34,564 nt of DNA from Wenzhouxiangella sp. (GTDB lineage: Bacteria > Pseudomonadota > Gammaproteobacteria > Xanthomonadales > Wenzhouxiangellaceae). Every line of letters starts with the position of its first letter. The first letter of the stretch is position 1. The DNA lies in NCBI GenBank assembly GCA_018400355.1, contig JAGYMV010000001.1:1-34564 (forward strand). The letters run 5' to 3'. The position numbers and the translations under genes are program-made. The notes under the pieces are model-generated. The model had not been told where the DNA came from. It saw only the letters and a list, made by a program, of their open reading frames with translations, and searched no databases. Positions 15,608 to 24,381 of this stretch are shown in pieces.

Positions 15608-17554
15608 ATGCTGAAATTGTTTATGCGATCTGCTGTTATTAATATTTTTGTCATGTTCATGGTCTGTGTTGCACCAGCACATGGGTGGGATGCACAAGTC
15701 GATTCTGTTGAGGCGGGCTACTTAAAGGATGTGGCCTTAGCGCCCGCGCAAGCCGCTGAACCGTGGCGGATCGTGGCTTTGGACGGTGGCGGTATCGCGG
15801 TTCTTGATTCAGCAGGCCAGCCGGTATCCACCCTTGAGGGGCATTTGATTGAACGCGTGGATGCCATTCCAGTCGCCGATCAAGTTTTGGTGGTGGCGCC
15901 TGAAGAACAGGCAGGTATCCATCTTTGGTCTGTTGATCAAGCCACCGGTGCGCTCTCACCTTGGATGGGGGAAAGCAGCCTGTGGCCTGTTGATTTTGCG
16001 CCAGTGGTGGCGTGTTTGGCCTATGACCCCGAACAAGATCAGCGTTTTGTGTTTGCCGCAACAGAGCGGGGCACAATTTATCACTACCGAATCGTTGATG
16101 GTTCAGCAAGGCAGGCGCTTCGGCTCATCCGAACGCTGGACATCGGTGGAGAAATCACCAGTTGTAGCCCTGGAGCTGCTGGCGAATGGCTATATGTCTC
16201 AGAACCTGGGGTGGGTGTATGGCGCCTCGGCATGGGTGCAGAAGCGGAACGAATTCGCGAGCCAGTGGCTTTCGTGGCGCCCTTTGGTCGGCTGGATGAA
16301 GCCATCAAGGTGTCTGTGGGCGCAAGCGGAATGCTGACCGTGTTGGGGGAGGGGAACGTCTATTTTCTCGACACGAGTGATGGTGACATACTCACCAGTC
16401 AGTCCGTTCCCACAGAGGCGATGGGTGCTGAGGGCTTGAGCACTGATGGCCATTGGATGGTGTTGGGGGTTGAGGGTGGTGAGCGCGACGGTGGAGGCCG
16501 TTTGTTCTCTACAGCGTTGCCTGATGTGAGACCAAGCCCTGCTTCCGAACCGGCCAAGGTCCCTAAAGTTCGCGCTGTGGTGGAAACCCAGCCGGTGTCC
16601 TCAGCCGGTGATGCCGCGGATGATCCAGCGTTTTGGTTGCACCCTCAAGATGCGACGCAGAGCCTGATTTTGGGGACAGACAAGCAAGCGGGTTTGTATG
16701 TCTATGACCTCACCGGTGAGGTTCGGCAGTTCTTGCCCGCAGGTAAGGTCAATAATGTGGATGTGCGCTATGGTTTCGGGCTGAGTGATGGTTCGGTGGT
16801 TGATATTGCGGTGGCCACCAATCGAAGTCATGGGCGCTTGAGTATTTGGGGCATTGACCGAGCCAATGGCCAGTTAACAGAGCTGGGCACAGGTGATGAG
16901 CGCTTGCTCATGAACGAGCCTTATGGCTTGTGCCTTTATCACAGCACAGAAGACGATGCGTTCTATGCGCTCGCTAACTCGAAAGCGGGCGAGGTGGAGC
17001 AACATCGCTTAATCGCCACCGATGACCAACGAATCACTACCAAATTGGTTCGTTCTTTTGAGGTTGGCTCAATCACAGAGGGCTGTGTGGTCGATGATCC
17101 CTACCACCGACTGTTCATTGGCGAGGAAACACGCGGGATTTGGGCCTACGATGCTCGACCAGATGCATTCGCATCGCCGGATCATCGCTATTTGGTCGAT
17201 TCCGTCTCACCAGACGGTCGGTTGACCGCCGATATCGAGGGTTTGGCTTTGTATCTGGATGGTGATGAACAAGGATACCTCGTTGCTTCTGTCCAAGGAG
17301 CCAATCGGTTTGCGCTTTATGATCGGCAGCCGCCTCATGTATTTCATGGTTTCTTTGAGATCGTCGCAGATCCGGAGACCGGCATCGATGGGGTCAGCGA
17401 GACCGATGGCCTGGAAGTGGTCAGCCACAATCTCGGGCCCAAGTTTGCTCAAGGCATGATCGTGGTGCAAGACGGCCGAAATGTGGAACCTGCTCAGCAT
17501 CAAAACTTCAAGGTCGTTCCATGGGCAGCCATCGTCGAATCGGTCCTTGAATAA
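15608..17554 (+). CDS. Beta-propeller phytase (3-phytase), two-domain form
   Basis: Signal peptide. The C-terminal domain has DAADDPAFW, LGTDK, NNVDVR, YGLCLY, EGCVVD, DIEGL, DGVSETDG, VVQDG and QNFKVV. The N-terminal domain is a degenerate propeller. Confidence 0.94.
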   Translation: MLKLFMRSAVINIFVMFMVCVAPAHGWDAQVDSVEAGYLKDVALAPAQAAEPWRIVALDGGGIAVLDSAGQPVSTLEGHLIERVDAIPVADQVLVVAPEEQAGIHLWSVDQATGALSPWMGESSLWPVDFAPVVACLAYDPEQDQRFVFAATERGTIYHYRIVDGSARQALRLIRTLDIGGEITSCSPGAAGEWLYVSEPGVGVWRLGMGAEAERIREPVAFVAPFGRLDEAIKVSVGASGMLTVLGEGNVYFLDTSDGDILTSQSVPTEAMGAEGLSTDGHWMVLGVEGGERDGGGRLFSTALPDVRPSPASEPAKVPKVRAVVETQPVSSAGDAADDPAFWLHPQDATQSLILGTDKQAGLYVYDLTGEVRQFLPAGKVNNVDVRYGFGLSDGSVVDIAVATNRSHGRLSIWGIDRANGQLTELGTGDERLLMNEPYGLCLYHSTEDDAFYALANSKAGEVEQHRLIATDDQRITTKLVRSFEVGSITEGCVVDDPYHRLFIGEETRGIWAYDARPDAFASPDHRYLVDSVSPDGRLTADIEGLALYLDGDEQGYLVASVQGANRFALYDRQPPHVFHGFFEIVADPETGIDGVSETDGLEVVSHNLGPKFAQGMIVVQDGRNVEPAQHQNFKVVPWAAIVESVLE

Positions 17555-17556
17555 GA

Positions 17557-17595
17557 TGTAAAAAAAACGTCACTAAAATGTGACCTCGGTGTTAC
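17557..17595 (+). promoter_or_regulatory. Tandem Pho-box-like array upstream of TonB-dependent receptor 2
   Basis: Half-sites TGTAAA (17557), CGTCAC (17568), TGTGAC (17579) and TGTTAC (17590) at an exact 11-bp period. Confidence 0.65.
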
Positions 17596-17644
17596 ATCGC
17601 AGACTCACCATGGGGACGCTTTAAATTAACCCTAGGTGAGTCAA

Positions 17645-20452
17645 ATGTTTTCCAATCAGTCCAAATTACTCGCAGGTCTTTTGTTGGCTTGCGTTGCCGT
17701 TTTCTCTGTTCACGCTCAATCGCCCAGCACCGGTTCCATCACTGGTGAGGTGGTGGTTGATGAGACCGTCCGCTTGCAAGGTGCCAGTGTGCGCCTGGTG
17801 GGCACAGAGCGTCGGACCTCGACCGATCGTGATGGTCAATTCCGTTTTTCTCAAGTTGAGCCAGGCACTTATGAGCTCGAGATCGAGTACGTGGGTATGT
17901 CGGGCTCTCAGGCTTCGGCTGAAGTCTTGGCTGGGCAAACCACCGAGTTGGTGATCCGCGTCGAGGCAGCCGATGGAATGGACCGGATGGTTGTGGTTGG
18001 GCAAGCCGCGATCCAAAGCGCTTCTTTGTCTCGTGAGCGCTCGGCCATCAACAACATCAATGTGCTGTCAGCAGACGCCATCGGCCAATTCCCTGACAGC
18101 AACGTGGCTGAGGCGTTGCAGCGTGTATCGGGCTTGTCGCTTGAGCGCGATCAGGGGGAGGGGCGTTTCGTGGTGATTCGTGGCGCCAACGCCAACTTCA
18201 ATACCACCACATTCAATGGCTTGCGTGTGCCTGGGCCTGAAGACGACAGCCGCGCGGTGAATTTGGACGTGGTCTCATCAGATTTGGTGGAGAGTGTGGA
18301 AATCACGAAGTCACTCATGCCTGACCAAGATGCCGATGGGGTGGGTGGCAACATCGAAGTCACCACCTTGAGTGCCTTTGATTTGGGCGATTCTGTCAAA
18401 ATCAACGCACAAGGCAGTTACAACGAGACCTTGGAAAAAACAAGCCCTCGCGTCAATCTGACCGGCACGCGTTTGTTTAGCGTTGGCGGTGGTGTCGATA
18501 ACTTAGCAGTCTCTGGGTCTTTGAACTACTTCGACCGCAAATTTGCGGTTGATAACGTGGAGGCGGGCATTTGGCCTGAAGTGGATGCACCAGGTGGCGG
18601 CGTGGTCCGTGCCCCAGAAGCTGCTGAGCAACGCGATTATCAATTGAGTCGCGAGCGGACCGGTGGTGTGCTGAACTTCGACTACCGCCCGAACGCACAA
18701 ACGGAGCTGTATCTGCGTAGCTTGTACAGCGAGTTTGCTGATAACGAAATCGAGCTGGAGCATGAGTACATCTTCGAAGATGGTGATGTGATTGAGCTCA
18801 ATGAAGGTGGTGGCATTTTCTCAGGTGGCGAAGTTGAGCGCCGAGGCAAAGAGACCACGGCCACCCGCGAAATTTTGGCGATCAGCACAGGTGGTCGGGT
18901 ATTCCAAGGTGACTGGGAGACCGATTTTCAGGTGGGTTATGCAGAGGCATCCACGTCTGAGCCATTCTCTCTGGGTACGGCACTGATCGCAGGGGACCTA
19001 GATATTGGCTATAACTTCAGCGGCCCAGGTGGCCGTGAGGCCCCCAATCTGTTCGGTCTAAACAATGGCGCATTGGAAGCATTGGATGCCTATGAGCTCG
19101 ATGTGGTTGAGTTGGAAAGTGATAAAACCCAAGAAGAAGAATGGTCGTTTGAGATTAATTCACAACGCTATGTGCAGTGGGGCAGCAATCCAGGCCGCAT
19201 CCAATTTGGTGCCAAAGCCCGTTTGCGTGAGAAATTCAATGACGCCAATAATCTGAACTTTGTTGACTTTGATGCCGATTACACCCTAGCTGACTTGGTG
19301 GGCCCCGGAGAACGCGATTATCCATTGGGTCGATTTGGGCCCTACATCAGCACGTCAGTTTTGAGAGACTTCTATTTGGCCAATCAAGCCAATTGGGACA
19401 TCGATCCAACCGACTTTTTGCTCGACAGCGAGGGCGAAGACTACTCACTGGATGAGAATGTCTATGCCGCCTATTTTATGGCGGAGTCGTCGATTGGTAA
19501 CTGGGACCTGTTGGGCGGTGTGCGAATCGAGCAGACAGAGATCGAACAAAAAGGCTTCAGAGCAATCGTCAATGAAGATGTCAACGATGGCATCCCAACC
19601 ATTGAACCTTTCTCTGGTGACAACGATTACACGGATATCTTCCCCAACTTCCAAGCACTCTACGCCATCAATGACAATTGGCAGTTCCGCGCAGCTTATA
19701 CCCGTTCAATGGGCCGCCCCAACTTTGAGGCTGCCGGTGCTCGCCAAGTCGTTGAGATCGAGGGTGGAGAAGTGGTGGCTGAGGTGGGTAACCCTGACTT
19801 GAATCCATTCTACGTGAACAACTTCGACGCGGAGTTTAGCTACTTCGCCAGTGAGGCTTTGGGTGCGGCATCGTTTGGGTTCTTCTACAAAGACATTGAA
19901 GATTTCTTTTTGACGACCAACATCGCCGGTGAGTCACCGTTTGAGACCTTCGATGAAGTTGAGGCTGTGATCAATGGCGATGATGCTGAGGTCTATGGCT
20001 TTGAGCTGAGTTATGTGCAGGAATTTACTTTCTTGCCAGGGCACTGGAGTGGCCTGTTGTTAACGGCCAACTACACTTGGGTGGATTCCAGTGCTGAAGT
20101 GCCTTTCCGTGACAGTGATATTCCGCTTCCTGGGCAGTCAGACGATATCTTTAACATCGCCTTGGGTTATGACAATGGCGGGCTGTCCCTGCGTTTGGCG
20201 CTGAACCACCGTGGCACATACTTTGATGAAGTCGAAGAGCCTGATGATCCAACACAGGACCGTTATGTGAGTTCAGAGACGCGCTTGGATTTCACATCGA
20301 AATACCAGTTCACAGAAAATGTGATGGGTGTCTTCAATGTCTCGAATATCACAGACGAGCCGTTTTATGCCTACTTGGGTGACGAAGCGTATCCCAATCA
20401 GTACGATGAATTTGGTCGCACCGTTGAAGTGGGTATGGAAGTTCGGTTCTAA
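17645..20452 (+). CDS. TonB-dependent receptor 2 (phytase-associated paralog of receptor 1)
   Basis: Signal peptide, TGSITGEV N-domain, plug NVAEALQRVSGLSLERDQGEGRFVVIRG, GNPDLNP, C-terminal Phe (GMEVRF). ATG 17645 follows AGGTGAG. Confidence 0.94.
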   Translation: MFSNQSKLLAGLLLACVAVFSVHAQSPSTGSITGEVVVDETVRLQGASVRLVGTERRTSTDRDGQFRFSQVEPGTYELEIEYVGMSGSQASAEVLAGQTTELVIRVEAADGMDRMVVVGQAAIQSASLSRERSAINNINVLSADAIGQFPDSNVAEALQRVSGLSLERDQGEGRFVVIRGANANFNTTTFNGLRVPGPEDDSRAVNLDVVSSDLVESVEITKSLMPDQDADGVGGNIEVTTLSAFDLGDSVKINAQGSYNETLEKTSPRVNLTGTRLFSVGGGVDNLAVSGSLNYFDRKFAVDNVEAGIWPEVDAPGGGVVRAPEAAEQRDYQLSRERTGGVLNFDYRPNAQTELYLRSLYSEFADNEIELEHEYIFEDGDVIELNEGGGIFSGGEVERRGKETTATREILAISTGGRVFQGDWETDFQVGYAEASTSEPFSLGTALIAGDLDIGYNFSGPGGREAPNLFGLNNGALEALDAYELDVVELESDKTQEEEWSFEINSQRYVQWGSNPGRIQFGAKARLREKFNDANNLNFVDFDADYTLADLVGPGERDYPLGRFGPYISTSVLRDFYLANQANWDIDPTDFLLDSEGEDYSLDENVYAAYFMAESSIGNWDLLGGVRIEQTEIEQKGFRAIVNEDVNDGIPTIEPFSGDNDYTDIFPNFQALYAINDNWQFRAAYTRSMGRPNFEAAGARQVVEIEGGEVVAEVGNPDLNPFYVNNFDAEFSYFASEALGAASFGFFYKDIEDFFLTTNIAGESPFETFDEVEAVINGDDAEVYGFELSYVQEFTFLPGHWSGLLLTANYTWVDSSAEVPFRDSDIPLPGQSDDIFNIALGYDNGGLSLRLALNHRGTYFDEVEEPDDPTQDRYVSSETRLDFTSKYQFTENVMGVFNVSNITDEPFYAYLGDEAYPNQYDEFGRTVEVGMEVRF

Positions 20453-20481
20453 AAACAGACCCAATGGTCTAAGACAGGGTT

Positions 20482-20507
20482 GGGGCGCTTCGGCGCCCCT
20501 ACTTTTT
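20482..20507 (+). terminator. Rho-independent terminator
   Basis: GGGGCGC-TTCG-GCGCCCC followed by TACTTTTT, between convergent genes. Confidence 0.85.
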
Positions 20508-20509
20508 GG

Positions 20510-21214
20510 TCAATCCTTGGCAGGACAGGTATCTGTTTGGCCAAATAAATTTTTTCGAATGGCATCGGTCATTTCTTGGGGCATTTTGTAGTTCTCAGCC
20601 TGCCGATAAGCGCTTTGCACCGCTGATCTTTGACTGACAGACTCAAACCAGGTCTTTAGGGCAGGGAAATCGTTGAGGTCTTGCCCTTGGATGGCATGCG
20701 GCACAATCCATGGATAGCAGGCCATGTCTGCAATGCTGTAATCCCCACAAATAAATGCCTTGCCCTCTAACTGCCGATTTAAGACGTTATAGAGTCGCGT
20801 GGTTTCTTTGACATAGCGCTCGATCGCGTAGGGAATTTTTTCAGGCGCGTAGCGGTTGAAGTGGTGGTTCTGGCCAAGCATCGGCCCCAAACCACCCATT
20901 TGCCAATGGAGCCATTGCAACACATCAGCCCTTGCCCGAACATCGTCTTGGGGCAGGAATTGGGCTGTTTTGTCTGCTAAATACTCAAGGATGGCACCCG
21001 ATTCAAACACAGCGATTGGGTCGCCTCCGTCAGCGGGTGCGTGGTCCACAATCGCAGGCATTTTGTTGTTTGGAGAGATTTTCAAAAACTCAGGCTTAAA
21101 TTGATCGCCTTGTCCAATGTGGATGGGGTGGATTTTGTACTCAAGCCCAGCTTCCTCAAGGAAAATCGTGATTTTGTGGCCATTCGGGGTGGGCCAATAA
21201 TACAAATCAATCAT
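20510..21214 (-). CDS. yfcG: Glutathione S-transferase, YfcG/YghU (Nu-class) GSH-dependent disulfide oxidoreductase
   Basis: YWPTPNGHK, ISPNNKMPAIVD, FESGAILEYLA, WQMGGLGPMLGQ, YSIADMA. Confidence 0.88.
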   Translation of the reverse strand: MIDLYYWPTPNGHKITIFLEEAGLEYKIHPIHIGQGDQFKPEFLKISPNNKMPAIVDHAPADGGDPIAVFESGAILEYLADKTAQFLPQDDVRARADVLQWLHWQMGGLGPMLGQNHHFNRYAPEKIPYAIERYVKETTRLYNVLNRQLEGKAFICGDYSIADMACYPWIVPHAIQGQDLNDFPALKTWFESVSQRSAVQSAYRQAENYKMPQEMTDAIRKNLFGQTDTCPAKD

Positions 21215-21230
21215 GTCAGCTCCTGAGTAT

Positions 21231-22640
21231 TCAATTGCCTGGCAATGATATCAACTCCTTGCCGTCCCAACAGCGGTCGGCCTCGGGTTTGTTCGGATTG
21301 GCGCAGCGGTGGATGGGCCGATCCATCGGGATCAAGTCATTGATGGTTTTTTCCCCGTTGCTGCCTTGTTCAATCTCAAAGGCATCGTAGAGTTCGCCAG
21401 CGGCTGTCCATGCTTGAAAGTGGATGCGGTCTTCAGACACCTCAATGGTCTGATACAACTGAAGCCCTTCGGCCATGCGTTGCATGTTGGGGTTATTTTC
21501 ATCTGCGATCATATACATTTTGGGGCCCGCAACAGAGACCACATACATGGGGCCATTCTCGATGGCGCGGTTGCCATCAGGCGAGGGGGCGCTTGGGCCT
21601 CGCCCATAGCTGTGGTCGTGGCCTTGAAGCACCAGATCAACGCCATGGTGTTCGAAGACGGGCTGCCAGTATTCTCTCAACACTGGATTATCGCGACCCA
21701 CTGAGACCGAGTGGATCGGGTGGTGGTGGCTCACAATAACCCATCGATGGTTGCTTTCATCGAGCAACTCATCGAGCCAATCGGCTTGGATTTTGGCCGC
21801 CTCATCATCATACAAAGCGTTCATTGAATCGAGCACCACAAGCAACGTGTTCTGATAGGTCAGGTGATACGCCGTCTCCTCAAAGCCCTCGGGGCCATTG
21901 TTGGGTGTGGAAAATTGTGGGGCGAACTGTGGGCTGAGTGCACGTCTCAATCGCAGCGGTCGATTCACAAACTCATGGTTACCGGCGACCACAGCCGATG
22001 GGACCATGGCGTTTAAAAAAGCCCCTGCATCAAACCATTCACCCCACTCGTCATCGTGGTTGCCCTCTCTGAGGTTGACCATGTCACCGGCGTGGAGCAT
22101 GAAGGCGGGTCTGTCGTTTTGCATGAAGGCTTCGCGGATCACGCGTGAGAAGTGACTTCTAACCGAGTTTTGTGCATCGCCAAAGTAGAAGAAATGAAAA
22201 GGCGTGTTGTCTTTGGGTGCGGTTTGGAATTGGAACCACTCACTCCAAGTGTCATCACCCATGACGCGATAGGCATACAAGGTATTGGGTTCTAACGCCT
22301 CGAATGTGGCTCGGTGGTACCGGGCTTGCCCATTTTCGGTTTGAACGACTTCATGGTTGCCCTGAATGGTCTGTGCGCTGAGGTGCAATCCAGGCCTGCC
22401 ATGGGCTTTGGTGATTTGAGCAATCGATCGTTCGACCCCATCACTGGTGCGCCAATTCACCGTTTGGCTATTGTGAGGCGTTGCGGTCAGTGTCAGCATC
22501 ACCCGATCTGGGATGGGGCTTGGGATGTACTTGGAGTGACCACGCGGGACCAATGTGTTGCGCTCATGAGCAAAAGCCATGCTGTGGCCAATCAAAAATA
22601 TGACCAGAAGACAAACAAATGGAGCTTTGAGATGATTCAT
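21231..22640 (-). CDS. Exported purple-acid-phosphatase-like metallophosphoesterase with an N-terminal FN3-like domain
   Basis: Signal peptide (AFA-H), FN3-like LEPNTLYAYRV..WSEW, and motifs GDAQ, AGDMVN, GNHE, SHHHP, GHDH. Confidence 0.88.
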   Translation of the reverse strand: MNHLKAPFVCLLVIFLIGHSMAFAHERNTLVPRGHSKYIPSPIPDRVMLTLTATPHNSQTVNWRTSDGVERSIAQITKAHGRPGLHLSAQTIQGNHEVVQTENGQARYHRATFEALEPNTLYAYRVMGDDTWSEWFQFQTAPKDNTPFHFFYFGDAQNSVRSHFSRVIREAFMQNDRPAFMLHAGDMVNLREGNHDDEWGEWFDAGAFLNAMVPSAVVAGNHEFVNRPLRLRRALSPQFAPQFSTPNNGPEGFEETAYHLTYQNTLLVVLDSMNALYDDEAAKIQADWLDELLDESNHRWVIVSHHHPIHSVSVGRDNPVLREYWQPVFEHHGVDLVLQGHDHSYGRGPSAPSPDGNRAIENGPMYVVSVAGPKMYMIADENNPNMQRMAEGLQLYQTIEVSEDRIHFQAWTAAGELYDAFEIEQGSNGEKTINDLIPMDRPIHRCANPNKPEADRCWDGKELISLPGN

Positions 22641-23404
22641 GGGTGGTCCTTTGTGATGTTCCTTGGTGATGTTTCATTGATCAATTCATTGTCGTCGATT
22701 GTTCGTATGTCTTCATTGAACAGGGGGTTGTTGATTTTGACGGATACAGGTCGTGCCTCAAGCCAATCATTGGCCGGCGGCTGCAGCAACGATTGGGCCT
22801 GTTCTGGTGAGCCTTTGAGCCAACGATCCCAGTCTGCTTGTTTCAACACCACCGGTGCTCTGTGGTGGCCAATGTCTGTCAGCGTCTGATTGGGGGCTGT
22901 GGTCACAATCGTACAAGATAAGAGGGTTTGTTGTGATGACGTCTCAGTGACATCCCAAAGACCGGCCATCACCATAATCTCATGATTTTTAAGAGAAATC
23001 ATCCATGGTTTTTTGGGTTTGCTTCGCTGGTCCCACTCATAAAACCATGAAAACGGAATCAAGCACCGCCTATTTTTCCCCCAAGCATCCCGAAACGCGG
23101 GTTTGTTTTTGAGGGTTTGCGTGAATGCCTCATCGGGCTCGCTGCGGCAATTGGCGGTCGAAAACCTAGGCAGTTCGCCTTGGCACCAGAAAGGAATCAA
23201 AGGCCAGATCATGCCATGCACTTCTCTTTGGCCAGATTCATTCAGAGTCACGGCGGGCAGTCGGGTCCAGCGCGTGTCTTCGCCTGTACGGGTTGAGGGA
23301 GACACATTGAATCGTTTCAGGCCACCCGCGGGTGGTTGGCCCTCGATGGCCATGTGATCAAACAATTGCTGCCATGAAAAAATTTGGGCGCCTCGAGCAC
23401 ACAC
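22637..23404 (-). CDS. SOS response-associated peptidase (SRAP/YedK/HMCES family)
   Basis: N-terminal Cys2 (MCAR), RFNVSP, RRCLIP..FYEW, MAGLW, CTIVTT.PN, HHRAPVVL. Confidence 0.88.
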   Translation of the reverse strand: MCARGAQIFSWQQLFDHMAIEGQPPAGGLKRFNVSPSTRTGEDTRWTRLPAVTLNESGQREVHGMIWPLIPFWCQGELPRFSTANCRSEPDEAFTQTLKNKPAFRDAWGKNRRCLIPFSWFYEWDQRSKPKKPWMISLKNHEIMVMAGLWDVTETSSQQTLLSCTIVTTAPNQTLTDIGHHRAPVVLKQADWDRWLKGSPEQAQSLLQPPANDWLEARPVSVKINNPLFNEDIRTIDDNELINETSPRNITKDHP

Positions 23405-23408
23405 TAGA

Positions 23409-23798
23409 TCACCCTTCTTTAAACGCTTTGATCTGCCGGCGCTGGCGTTTGTCCGGTCGGCTGGCTGGACGGGTCTCGTGGTGTTTTTCTAAGCGCCTTT
23501 GCTCGAGCTTGGCCTCCCGTTCGGTGCGGCTTTCGTCGGTTTCTTGGTACAAGGCTTGAGCCAAAGCGGGGCTCAAACGCTTGTGCGATAAGCCCAAGAC
23601 ATGGACCGTGTAGACCATCTCGCCTTTGGTGATGATGAGCTGATCATCCACCCGCAATTCTTTGGCGGGTTTGACCCGTTGGTTGTTGAGATTGACTTTG
23701 CCGCCACGCAGCGCTTGTTGGGCCATGCTGCGGGTTTTGAAAAACCGAGCAGCCCACAGCCATTGGTCCACGCGCACGCTGTCCTTCTCAGAATCCAT
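23409..23798 (-). CDS. hslR: Ribosome-associated heat shock protein Hsp15 (S4 domain)
   Basis: RVDQWLWAARFFKTRS, KPAK, AQALYQET, RPDKRQRR. Start trimmed to ATG 23798. Confidence 0.92.
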   Translation of the reverse strand: MDSEKDSVRVDQWLWAARFFKTRSMAQQALRGGKVNLNNQRVKPAKELRVDDQLIITKGEMVYTVHVLGLSHKRLSPALAQALYQETDESRTEREAKLEQRRLEKHHETRPASRPDKRQRRQIKAFKEG

Positions 23799-23811
23799 AG
23801 AGGTGTTTACA

Positions 23812-24381
23812 ATGGGACACACTATGATTCTACTCATTCTTGGTTTGATCGTGTTCTCAGCGGTGCACTTTGCCATCGGCCTACGGGCCGGGCGGGTCAA
23901 GCTCGAAAATCGATTTGGGCGTTGGGGCTTGAGGGCCTTTGTGGCCTTGGGCGCTTTGCTGGGCTTGGCCTTGATGGCGCAGGGCTATTCGATGGCGCGG
24001 TTTTATCCCATTTGGACACCCGCTGCTTGGGGCCAAGAGCTGGGCGCGGTGTTGATGCCGGTGGCCAGCATTTTGTTGGTTGCGGCCTATGTGCCCAGCA
24101 ACATCAAAAAAATCACGGCCCACCCGATGCTGATCGCGGTGATCTTGTGGGCGATCACCCACTTGTTGGTTCGCGGTGACTGGGCCTCACTGCTCTTATT
24201 TGGTGGCTTGGGGCTTTATTCGGCTTTGGCCATGGGGTTGGCGTGGATCCGAGGGGTTCGGCCGGCAACAACCCAAAAAAGCCCGTGGTTTGATGGTCTG
24301 GTCGTGGTGATCGGCCTGGCTCTGTATGGCGGGCTATTGATTGCCCATCCCCACTTATTTGGTGTGTCGGTGTTTCAATGA
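23812..24381 (+). CDS. NnrU-family membrane protein
   Basis: [10 protein letters not shown] and HPML...[19 protein letters not shown] motifs. Start is ATG 23812 or 23824. Confidence 0.85.
   Translation: MGHTMILLILGLIVFSAVHFAIGLRAGRVKLENRFGRWGLRAFVALGALLGLALMAQGYSMARFYPIWTPAAWGQELGAVLMPVASILLVAAYVPSNIKKITAHPMLIAVILWAITHLLVRGDWASLLLFGGLGLYSALAMGLAWIRGVRPATTQKSPWFDGLVVVIGLALYGGLLIAHPHLFGVSVFQ

Noticed and set aside
10262-23404. Prophage or integrative element at tRNA-Arg
   Set aside because: No integrase, transposase or phage genes, and no attR copy of the tRNA 3' end seen by eye. SRAP alone is not evidence of a prophage.
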